The position numbers were made by a program, and so were the translations under genes. Shown here piece after piece: positions 50,441 to 60,677 of a stretch of 64,000 nt of DNA. The stretch is taken from NCBI RefSeq assembly GCF_018350175.1, contig NC_058382.1, forward strand, positions 59,646,001-59,710,000. The letters are read 5' to 3'. Under the pieces are notes generated by a model. That model did not search any database, had not been told where the DNA came from, and saw only the letters and a program-made list of their open reading frames with translations. The stretch's first letter is position 1. The number at the start of each line of letters is the position of its first letter. Origin of the DNA: Felis catus (lineage: Eukaryota).

Positions 50441-51200
50441 GCTGCCGCCCGCGCCGCGCCGCGCCCCGGGGCCGGGGGCCGCCGGCCGGGGCCGGGGGCG
50501 CGGGCGGGCGCGGGCGGGGGGCGCGGGGGCCCGGGGCGCGCCGGGGCCGGGGGCGCGCGGACCGGGGCCGGGCGAGGGCGGGCGGGCGCCGCGGGCCGCG
50601 CCGGGGCCGGGGGCGCGCGGCGCGGGCGGGACCCCCGCCAGGGGCCGGCGGGAGGGCGCGCGCGAGGCGCCGGGGGGGCCCGGGGCGGCCGGGGCGGCCG
50701 GGGGCGGCGAGCGGCCGCGGGCCCCCCGCTCACGGGCGGGCTCCTGGCCCGCGCCCGTCCCCAGCGGCGGCCGGTGCGCGGCGGCGGCGGCGGCCGCTCC
50801 TCGTCGTCGTCGTCGTCGTCGCCCGGGAGGCGGCCGCCCCCATCTCCCCCCGCGCCGCAGGGTCTGTCACTGCGGGCCGCCCCCCGCCGGAGCCGCCCGG
50901 GCCATGCCTCCTCCTTCTCCTCCTCCTCCGCCTCCTCCTTCTCCGCCGCCGCCGCCGCCGCCGCCGCGCCTGGGCCGGCCGGCCGTTGCCGGGTCGGAGG
51001 CCGCGGGCGGCGGGCGGGAGGGCGGGCGCGTCGGGAGCGGCGGGCGGGCGCGGGGCGCGCAGGGACTCGCGGGCGCAGCGGCAGCGGCGGCGGAGGGATC
51101 TGCGCCGGCACTCGCTCGGCCTCGCGCTTCGGCCTCCCCGGTCCGCGGACGGATCCGGGCCGAGCGCGGCCGCGTTCGCTGCTGACGGGCGCCGGGACGA
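50441..51200 (-). other. ZCCHC14: Probable long, very GC-rich 5' UTR of ZCCHC14 (TSS inferred, not observed)
   Basis: Continuous GC-rich stretch between the ATG and the GC-box/CCAAT cluster; contains GGC, GGA and GAC triplet runs. Confidence 0.65.
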
Positions 51201-51204
51201 GGCG

Positions 51205-51430
51205 CAAGTGGGCGGGGTGGCCGCCTCTCGCGACAGCCGCGCCGGCCAGGCCCGCCCCTCCCGCTGATTGGCTCGGGCTGCCCCTTCTCGGCCCGTGATT
51301 GTTCCGGGTCCCCAATCCGATTAGCCCCCGCCCCGTCCACGCCTCCCCGGGGCTGTCGATCACGCTGGAGCCGCCCCGTCCCGCCCCGCGGCGACCGGAG
51401 GGGCGGCGCGGCGGAAAACCCGGGGCGGAT
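51205..51430. promoter_or_regulatory. TATA-less core/proximal promoter with GC boxes and two oppositely oriented CCAAT boxes
   Basis: GGGCGG/CCGCCC near 51210, 51252, 51328, 51381 and 51423; ATTGG at 51267-51271; CCAAT at 51312-51316. Confidence 0.7.
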
Positions 51431-51608
51431 TCCTGGTCGCTTTTGTTCCCGCAGATCAGCGCGCAGTATTGTTTGAGGTGAAAGCCGGGCGTCCGACCTT
51501 CCCGCTTGACTCCCGGGCGTCGCCGTAGGGAGGAAGAGAGTATCTCCGAAAAGCTGCTGGAGCGGGGGCTCCGGAGACCCGAGCCGTGACGCGGTTTTCC
51601 CTCAGCGA

Positions 51609-51680
51609 GGCTGTGTGACCTTGGCCGAGTCGCTTGGCCTCTCTGAGCCCCGGGCGCCTCCTTGGAAACCGAGGGTAACC
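51609..51680 (+). mobile_element. MIR core fragment inside the CpG island
   Basis: ggctgtgtgaccttggccgagtcgcttggcctctctgagcc resembles the MIR core. Confidence 0.65.
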
Positions 51681-52689
51681 CTCACCGCCCCGGGGAGCGG
51701 GAGGGGGCTCGCGAGAAGGTCGCGAGCTCGCAGACGGCCTGCGCCCGCCCTTGCGAGCCGGCCGGCCCGCCTTGGGGTGACGAGGGAGCAGCTCTCTCCG
51801 CAGACCTCGCCAGATGCGGCCATTGTTAAGTCAGCCGGCTGTCAGCGCTCGAGGACCCCGGGGCACGAGCAACGCCCCCTCCCCTCCTGGCCTGTGCGCG
51901 GCCCCGACCGCAGGTGGAGGGGAGGCCGGGGCACGCGACCCCCGTGAATCCTACAGCGGCAGGCCCGGCCCCGCAGCAGTGGTCCATTCTCCCTGCCCTT
52001 CCCCCCTGGGCGCCGTCTTTTGACTTCTGGCGACCTACGACTCATCTGTGCGTGCCAGGCTCTGAGGCCCTGCCCTGCCCGCCCCGTGGAGCCTACACCC
52101 TGGTTCTGGGCAGCACACAAGAGCAAGGCACTTGAATAAATGTATGCATTTCTGCAGGACGTGGTCCAAGGTGCTGGAAACTTCCTAGCAAGACATTCGC
52201 CAGCCTTGGGACCTCAAGGCTGAACAGACTTTGCAGAGCCACTCTAGGGAGGGAAGGAAGATGTGCTTCCCACTCCCTGACCCCTCTCGACGCCTTGGGC
52301 AAAATTTCCCAGAGCCACCACGGTGTTCTTGGTCAGTGAAGGGAGGAGCAGGCAGTTGAAAATCCACATAGGCAGGAGGGGTGAGGCTGGTCCCCGTTGG
52401 GTCTCCCTGCCTCACTTCCTGGGTACAGTCTACTGTCTACAAGTAACCACATCAATCCTTGTTCACTCTGACCTCACCTTTTCAAGTCATTCCAGGGAAG
52501 TAGCCACATTCCAAAAGCTACCGTAGGAGAAAGTAAAATAATATGGAAATCAGGGCAAGTCAACACGTTTGCCTCCTATTGGTTAATTAGGTTCCTTGGA
52601 GCAGAAAGATCTTGGGACCTTATGGCGCTGAGGTTCCTCCAGGGCAGCCCCACCAGGGTGTGAAACCTCCAAGCTGTGGTGTCAAGCTG

Positions 52690-52790
52690 ACCTTCGTTCC
52701 AGTCCCAGCCCTGGCCAGCTCTGTGACCTTGGCCCTTCACCCAACCATTCCGAGCCTCAGTTTCCTCATCTATAAAAGGAAACCAGGAAT
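52690..52790 (+). mobile_element. MIR fragment
   Basis: ctctgtgaccttgg...gagcctcagtttcctcatctataaaa. Confidence 0.75.
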
Positions 52791-52947
52791 CCTACTCCCG
52801 GCAGCTAACAGAGATGCTAACCGGCCCTGGACAGCTGGGGAAATTGAACCACAAGTAACGATCGAGGTCCCCCAGCTCCTGACCGCCTTCTTGTCCCTTT
52901 TTTGCTCTGCCGTTTGCTGTTTAACGTGTGTACTGGACAGCTTATGG

Positions 52948-53200
52948 ATTAGGGTGTCCTTGTAATAGAAAAGAACAAGCAGAGACTCCCGGTGGAGACG
53001 GCCATGTGAAGACAGAAGCAGAGATTTGGAGCCAGGGGTCGCCTGGAGTCACCAGGAGCTAGAAGAGGCAGGAAAGATCTTCCCCTGCAGTCTCTGGAGG
53101 GAGTGTAGCCATGGGACACCTTGACTTCGGACTTCTGACTGCGGGAGAACACTTCCGTCGTGTTAAGCCCACAGTTGTTTGCTGTGGCCACTCCAGGACA
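52948..53200 (+). mobile_element. MLT1 (ERVL-MaLR) LTR fragment
   Basis: ggccatgtgaagacagaagcagagat...caccaggagctagaagaggcaggaa...acaccttgacttcggacttctg. Confidence 0.8.
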
Positions 53201-56200
53201 GTCTTACAAGTCTCATTTCCCCTCATCCGTACTCCAGCTCAGTTTAATCCAGATCAGTGGATAATAAACCACTACCCTGCGGGAGCACACCCCACAAAGG
53301 GTTTGGGGGCCTCCAAGAAGAATGACACCCAGCTCCTCGACTTTAAGGAACAGACGCCTGGACTCCTGTTCTGGAAGCCGATGGCCGCCCATCTGTGGGA
53401 GCTTTCTCTCAGCCCACGGTTCCCTTCCCCAGGAAACAGCCAGGAGCCTCCTGGAGGCTACAGTGGACGGTGACCTGCCAGTCCCTCTGAATGCTAGAAA
53501 TGCTGTCTCTTGGGGCTGGCCATGCGGCTGTGGTTTTCTCAGCCAGCTGCTGCCCAGGGCTCCTTCCCTAAAACAGCCTCCAGCCCCAAGCTGTTTGGAG
53601 CTGGTCCCTTTCCCTGACTTCAGGTGGGACTTGAACGTTTCTCCACCTTCTACAGAGTGGAGGGCCTGAGGATCTGTGGGAGGAGGCCGGGGAGGGGAGC
53701 TCAGTGTAAGTCAGAGGGTAGGGCGTTCCTCCACGTGATCAAAGGGGCTGTAGGTAAAAGGGAAGCAGGCCGTGTGTTCAGATGAGAAGAGATTCCCGGT
53801 ACAACGCTGTGTGGGACAGCAAAACTCACTCCCAGGAGTGAACATACCTGCCACGTGCCTAACTCGGGCCAGGGACCGACAGTACGGTGGGCCCTGCCCT
53901 CGGCAGCTTGCGGTCTAGGGCCAAACGATATGTCTGTCTATGTTTTCCAAAGGACTGGAGTGGAGTATAAATTCAGACTATTGTTGAGAAAGAGAGAGAG
54001 AGACTTGGGATTCACCCCAAATGCCCCAGAGAAGCGATTTTGCAATGAGGATGGGCTGTGCCTGGGATGACTTCCTGTGTCTGAAGGGATACGGAGTTGC
54101 CGCGGTCCTGGAATGCGGCTGAGGCGAGAGCTCGGCCACCTGGACTCCAAGTCCAGCGCCCGGCCCCTGTCGCCCCGCTTCTCCGTTCTCGCGTAGAACC
54201 CAAGCCTAGGGGAGGAGCCTGGAGGCCATGTTGTGGTAGGAAAATGAAAACAGAGTGCAGGTCGCGAGTCCCATCAGCAGGAGAAGTCCTTGAACAGTGG
54301 GGCAGAACACCCAGGCTCCCTCCTGGATCCGCCACTTTACCTTCCCTTCAGGGTCTGTCGAGGGGTGTGCCTGGTCTCCAGTTGGAGACACGTGCTGATG
54401 TGCGTTTTTCCTTTATCCAAGGCCCTGTGTTTCTGACACAGAAAACAAAGGGACCCCAAGCCCCTTCCGTGCAGGCCTGACGAAGTAGGTCCCTGATCTC
54501 ACTGATGGCATCATTGCTCGGTGCCTCAGCCCCTGATAGCCTCTCGTGATGGCCACAGCTCTGTGAGCCTGCTTCTGAACTGCTGTCACTGTTCACGTTT
54601 TACAGATGGAAAGGTCATCGTGGGCCCAGGGCCATGCAAGTTTGTACGCGTTGGAACCAGATTCTGACCTGAGTCAGTTGCCCAGGATCTGCCCCTCCCG
54701 GAGGAAAGCATAAAGGTAACTTGTTTATTCGTTATTTCTGCAAACCAGAGGCTCCAGCCATTATCTGTTATCTGCCGCATGCCAGTTTTCCTTAGCCGTG
54801 GCCTCCCACAAAGTCCACCTGGAGTCGTAAACGGGCAGTTGTCCCAAACAATGCCTGGCGCTGATTCTGCACAGACACACGTTTTCCTCCAGGGCAGACT
54901 TGCTTTCTTAGGTGTCTGTGGCCTTGGGCTAGGTGCCGTTGCCACAGCGGGAATTACCTGGGCTCTTATTTGAGATGGTGGTTCCTCAGCCTGACCCAGT
55001 ACAGATCCAGACTCCCTGGGGGTGGGGTCTTGGACGCCACATTTCACCAGCTCCCGTGTGACCCTTGTGTGCACCTCGTGGAGACGTTTTGCTGTCAGGC
55101 TTCCCGTGTGCTGCTTTGGACCGAACGATAGCGACCACCAAAATAATCAGTTACGTCCATATCACAGGCCTACACCTTGACCGGGATCCTCCCTGTTACA
55201 GATGGGGAAGCTGAGGCATCATCCGGGGCTCGTGGGTTCTCGACAAGTCCTGAGCCTTATTTGTGTCGTATGTCTGTTCAGTTTTCACATTTGTTCGTTT
55301 CCCACACCACAATTAATTCACTGCTGCTTTTGGTTTTGTGCGTTTTCTCTTTCCACCATGGAAATTTCCAAGCATACCCAAGAGTCAGTCGACTAGTGTA
55401 GTGATTCCCTGCGTCCCTACTGCCCGGCTTCCTCAACGGTGACATTTTGCCATTCCTGGTTCATCTGTTTCCCCCACCCTGCTCTAGCATATGTACATAA
55501 TTCTTCGGGACTATTTTAAAGCAAGTAAGTTATGGATTTTATATATATAAGTAATCAATAATATACATATATATTGTTTTGCCTGGTCATGAGGTAATGC
55601 ATGCTCCTTGTACAGAGATTATATCTCAGTAGAAAATGATCTAGAACTCACAAAGAATCTCACTTCTCAGTCATAACCAACGTCAACATTTGAAAGTACA
55701 TCTTCCTAGACACTGTTGTATTCATATGTATTTATGCACACCCATTTTTACAGGAGCAGTCTACTCTCCACAAAAATAGGGCTGTTCTCCACATTTTGCG
55801 ATCTCTTCTTTCCACTTAACAACATATTCCAGATGTCTTTGCCTGTCACGGACTCTCTTCCAAGCCCTGGTTTTCAAGGGCAGCCCAGAATCCCTTTGTT
55901 TGGGCGTACCGCAAAATTTTCTACTAATCCCCTATTGCTGGACATTCAGATTATTTCTGTTCTGCTGGCTGAGTTTCAGAAGGCAGTTCTGCTTATCCTG
56001 GACCTTGCACCAGGCTGAAACCCGACCTGCCTCCTCCAGGTCCCCCATGTGTTTCCGAGAAGTACGAGCAGGGCTAAAGCGGAGGAGCTGGATGGCTTCC
56101 CAGTGCCATCCCAATCAAGGCTTCACCGCCTGGCTTGAAGTCTCAAGATACAGAACACACCCAGACGCAAGTCGGGGTGAAAAACACATTTCAAAGGCAG

Positions 56201-56224
56201 GTAACGTATTGTTTGGGTGACAAG

Positions 56225-56480
56225 GTGTAACTCTGAAATATGGGAGGATTCTTTTCAAACAAACACACCAGAGCTCACCCAGCCCAGTAAAGCTTTCTCC
56301 TTCAAGGTGCTCACCCCAGAAGGCCAGCTCCTGTTGTGATAAAACTATGATGGCTTGAAAATATACATGTGAACTCCTCTTTTAAAGCTGCCTCCACAGT
56401 CTGTGTAAATAGTTTTTGGAGACACTGTAGGCCAGGAAGTCTTTGTGCTTCAAGGTGGATTGACATCTGGAAACGGTCCA
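56225..56480. mobile_element. Possible ancient TcMar (MARNA-like) DNA transposon fragment
   Basis: Motifs tttctccttcaaggtgctcacc and gaactcctcttttaaagctgcctcc recalled from this family; weak. Confidence 0.35.
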
Positions 56481-56589
56481 TACTGCAGACAGAAGAGTCT
56501 ACTATGTCTGGTTTGAGCAGAAACAGATTTATTAAGTTACAGCAGGGGCCTCAGAGTGTCTGGCAGGATTGGAGAACAGATGTGGACAC

Positions 56590-57020
56590 CATTTTTGTAT
56601 CTTCCTCTTTTTTTTTAATGAATTGCCTGTTCATGTTTTCTGCACATTTTTCTATCAGGTTTTGGGTCTTTGTTTCTGTCAATTCCTAAGAGTTCTTTAT
56701 ATATTAGAGCTATAAAAGCCCTTTATCTGTGATTTATGTTGAAAATATTCTGTCCCAGTTTGTCAGTTGCCTTTGACTTCATTTATTGTGTTTTTACCTT
56801 GAAAAAAAGTGTATTTTTGTGATCATTTTTTGCATCTGGATTTTAAGTGGTGGTTAGAAGACCCCTCCCTACACCCAGGTTATAAACAAATTAATCTGTG
56901 TTCTCTTGTATTATGTATATGGTTTCATTTTTTTTTTCATGTTCAGGTCCCTGAACCATTTGGAGTTTATTCTTATGCACAGCATGAGGTATTTGCTTTT
57001 GAAACCCAGTATTATTAAAT
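56590..57020 (-). mobile_element. Old L1M fragment
   Basis: tgaattgcctgttcatgttttctgcacatttttctatc...agttctttatatattag. Confidence 0.7.
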
Positions 57021-57144
57021 GTATCAATTACACCAGGGGTTGCAAATTAAAATGCTTTAAGGCCAGGCAGAAAGTAAATGAGTGAAGGTATGTGGTATAA
57101 TAAAATAGGGTGAGGTTTGTAGGTGGTCAGGGATTAGATTTAAA

Positions 57145-57147
57145 GCG

Positions 57148-57189
<42 letters not shown>
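57145..57189 (+). repeat. (GC)6(AC)16 microsatellite
   Basis: Seen directly. Confidence 0.97.
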
Positions 57190-57191
<2 letters not shown>

Positions 57192-57194
57192 GGG

Positions 57195-57643
57195 TGTGTT
57201 AGTTTCCTATTGCTGCCGTAGATAAATTATCACAAACTTCGTGGCTTATAACTACAGCATGTATCCTCTCATGGCCCCGGAGATTAGAAGTTTGGAATCC
57301 AGGGGGCAGGGGGGCAAGGTAGGCTCCTTCTTAAGGCTCTGGTTAAGAATATATCCCAGGCCTCTCTCCCAGCTCCTGGTCGCTGCTGGCAATCCTTGGT
57401 GCTCCTCGGCTGTAGCCACATCACTCCAGCCTCTGCCTCCATCTTCAGGTGGTTGCCTTCCTATCTCTGTGTCCAATTCTGTGTCCACCTCTTCTGACAA
57501 AGACCCCAGGCATTGGGTTCGAGGCCCACCCGATCCAGTGTGACCTCATTTGATTACATCTGCAAAGACCCTATTTCCAAATAACGTCACATTCATAGGT
57601 GCCAGGTAGACCTGAATTTTGGGGGGACATCACTCAACCCAGA
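57195..57643 (-). mobile_element. MLT1 (MaLR) LTR
   Basis: tgttagtttcctattgctgccgta...acatctgcaaagaccctatttccaaataacgtcacattc. Confidence 0.85.
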
Positions 57644-58121
57644 AGAGTGAGGGAAAAGCAGAGCTGTCTGGAGCCCCCCGCAGCCTGCGTGCTCAGAGCT
57701 TGAGCCCCTTAGGCTGCTGTTGGGGTCATCTACACCTAGCAATAACGAGTCGCTGTATTAGGAAACTCAGCACACTTCATTCTGAGAATCAGTCTTGAAA
57801 AGCATTGACAGATTGTCACTTGAAAATGCCCTGAAAAAAAGGAAAAAGAAATCTGATGGCCAATTCTCCCAAATGTGAATAGATGGCCTGCCCCACAGCC
57901 AGTAGAAAACAAGTTTGTTCAGTATGAATATTAGGGCTTCCCCTTGGAGGCCAGGTCTCTTGTTACGTTTTTTCCTTCAGAGTAAGAGGTGAATTTCTAC
58001 AGATTCCTCTGTGCTGAAAGAGGGACCATTTCATACCAGAGAAGGAGGAAGGTGGTGTCTCCCCTGCCTAGAGATGGGGGAGGGGGCTCTCTTGCAGCTA
58101 ATGTCCCTGTCAGACCTCCCA

Positions 58122-58626
58122 GGGTAGGCAGAATTCCCAGTCTTTGCTTATCTAAACACTAATCTAAGTGAAGAGATTTTGCAGATGTAAAGTCCCAAGT
58201 CAGGTGACCTTGACACACAGAGATTACCTGGGTGGGCCTGGCATAATCAGGTGAGCCTTAAAAGTAGAGAGTTTCCTCTGGCTGCTGGCAGAAGGGGTGT
58301 CAGCAGCGTTAGAAGCGTCAGGAAGACATATGGTATCATTGCTGCTTATAAAACAGACAGGGCCGCATGGGAAGGAAGAAAAAGGTGGTCCTGACCTATA
58401 GCCAGTAGGACACAGAGACCTCAGACCTGTAGCCTCAAGGAGGTAGATTCTGCCACGGGCAAGAACCCAGCCACCAAAACCTTGACTTCTGCCCATTAGA
58501 CTCTGAGCAGAGATTCCGATGGGTCTGTTCAGATTTCTGGCCCACAGAACTTCCAGATGATACATGGGTATTGTTTTAAGCCTCTAAGTTTGTGGTGACT
58601 GGTTATACAGCAGTACAAATTAATCT
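58122..58626 (+). mobile_element. MLT1 (MaLR) LTR, MLT1D/E-like
   Basis: gattttgcagatgtaa...gattacctgggtgggcc...ttgttttaagcctctaagtttgtggt. Confidence 0.8.
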
Positions 58627-59796
58627 ACTTCTGCTTTTGTTGAAGGTCTGGGGGCAGGGACACTAAGAATGGGGAGGGAAAATGGAGACGTGGGATTGGA
58701 TAATCCCATTCTCCCTCCTGCTGAACCCTCCCACCCACCCATGAGAATTTCAGGCCCTTGCGTGAGACATAGAGACACCAAATGAATGGGGCTTGGGGTG
58801 TCCTTGGTGGCTTCAGAGGTTGATGGAAATCAGACATATGTCCCCTCTTCTTATGCTTAAGCAGTTACTGAAGACGAGGGAGATTGGTGGGTCTAACCAC
58901 ATTTTATCCTGGTGTTTTATAGGTTCGTAGGACCAGGAGGAATCCTGGTATTTAACATAATTAACATAATCAATTCCCCCTTTGGGGTAACATCCCGGAA
59001 AATTGCATCCTGCCTGCCCCCCCCCCCCCAAAAAAAAGCAAGTGGCAAAGTTTTTTCTCTAGGTGCACCTAGCTTTGGGCAAGTCACTTCCCCCTCCCAG
59101 GAGCTCCTACTCATAGACTTGGAGGCAGCGGGCATGAAACATGTGGCTTGTAGCAGGTGCTCAATAAACGTTAGCAGTTGGGTTGTTATGACCGTCAAGT
59201 GTAACGCCTGTTGCACTTGACCCCACCCCCATGTCGCTAAGCTGCATGACCCAGGGCAGCTCTTCCAAGTGCCCTTTCCTCATCCTGTCACAAAAGTGAG
59301 GACTAGAGAAGGAGCTCGCACAGCTCCGGCCACACAGGCACTTCACCCGGGCACAGGTGCCCGCTGCCAGAGCGGAGCCTTGCCTGGAAAGGTAACCCCA
59401 GGAGCCCTGAGCGTTGAGAGGCCACGTGGATGGCAAGTGCTAGGTTTCGGGTGGGGGTTAAGGTCCGTGCTGAGCAGGGCAGTTCAGGGGCTTGAAAACC
59501 ATTTTGTCTCTGGCAGGCTCTGGGACTCCTGTGTCCCAGAAAACCCTCCGGCGGGAGGAGGAGAGGTCAGTGCCTGCAGCAGAGGACTCTAGAGGGCCTC
59601 TGATGGAGAGGGGGTGTGAGGAAGGAGCAGGGGGGTCAGAAAGGCCCTACTCAGGCAAGGCTGGCCCGAGGCCGTGGGAGCAGAGGTGTGGGGGGACGGT
59701 CTAATCTTGGAAGAAGGCATCTTTGTCCCTCTAAAGGGAACAGGTGTGGTCCTTTACCTTCCCTCGCAAAGAAGACAAAAGGCAGACACGGGTCTC

Positions 59797-60200
59797 TGTT
59801 AATGGTTAAACTGTGTCCCCCTAAAACATGTCTTGGAGCCCTAACACCCAGTACCTGTGAATGTGACCTTATTTGGAAGTAGTGTCTTTGCAGATGTAAT
59901 CAGGTTGAGTGAGGGCATTTGGGTGGGTCCTAACCCAAGGACTGGTGTCCTTCTAAGAAGAGGAGACACATGGGAGAGGCCATGTGAAGCTAGGGACAAA
60001 GACTTGGGGACGCCTGGAGCCCCTGGGAGCTGGGATAGGCAAGAAGGACCCTCCCGTAGAGCCTTTGGAGGGAGCAGGGCCCTGCAACACCTTGACTTTG
60101 AGCTTCTGGCCTCCAGAGCTGTGAGGCTCTGCTGTTTGAAGCTCTACCCCCGTGTCCCGGCTCCCCGTCTGTGGTGCTTTGTTACGACAGCTACACAATA
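59797..60200 (+). mobile_element. MLT1 (MaLR) LTR, MLT1A/B-like
   Basis: cccagtacctgtgaatgtgaccttatttggaa...tttgcagatgtaatc...acaccttgactttgagcttctggcctccaga. Confidence 0.85.
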
Positions 60201-60269
60201 CGGACCTGGTCTCCAAGGCAGGGGTGGGGACAGCCTCTTGGTAGATGTGCAGCATGGCTGGGTGAACTA

Positions 60270-60677
60270 CCAGAAAGCCCTTCCCAGTTGTTCTCCCACT
60301 GGCTACAAAGGTTGGAAAACAACACTTTCCCATGCCTGGCTTCCCTTGTATCCAGGAATAACCTTGTGATCCAGTTCTGGCCAGTAAGACTCAAGTCAAA
60401 GCCTGACGAGGGGTTTCTGGAAAGTGACTTCTCTCGCAGAGGGGAAATGTGTCAGGCAATCCTCTTTGCCCTCCCCATCAGAGCATTCTGGAACACAGCA
60501 CAGCCATGGTGGTGGAGGCCTTGTTTCCTTGTGATGACACACACGAGGGAGACTCACCCAGACCTTGTGCCTGGCACCACCCAGGCACAAGCTTCTTGTT
60601 TGAAAAATAAACCCACGTTTGTTCAAGTGAGTTGGGCCCTCTGCCACCTGCTGCTGAATACCTTCTTAGCCGATACG
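60270..60677 (+). mobile_element. Old ERVL/MaLR-type LTR
   Basis: tgtgatccagttctggccagtaagac...ggtttctggaaag...aaataaacc. Confidence 0.5.

Larger units (their letters stand above)
49400..52050. promoter_or_regulatory. CpG island covering the ZCCHC14 promoter and exon 1
   Basis: Very high GC content with undepleted CpG by inspection; edges approximate. Confidence 0.9.

Noticed and set aside
50441..51200. CNGGN pentaloop (SAM-binding) hairpin for autoregulation in the leader
   Set aside because: I could not identify a convincing stem-loop by eye. CNGG is ubiquitous at this GC content, so a covariance or folding search would be needed.
49865..51298. 477-aa plus-strand ORF (and overlapping 50280..51185)
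   Set aside because: Antisense shadow of a GC-rich exon and leader; low-complexity Gly/Arg/Ala, non-ATG start for the long ORF, no recognisable domain.
50206..51363. 385-aa minus-strand ORF with acidic patches (EKEEAEEEE, DDDDDDEE)
   Set aside because: Starts at a GTG upstream of the likely TSS and has no ATG. The patches are simply the triplet repeats read in a third frame, and stop scarcity follows from GC content.
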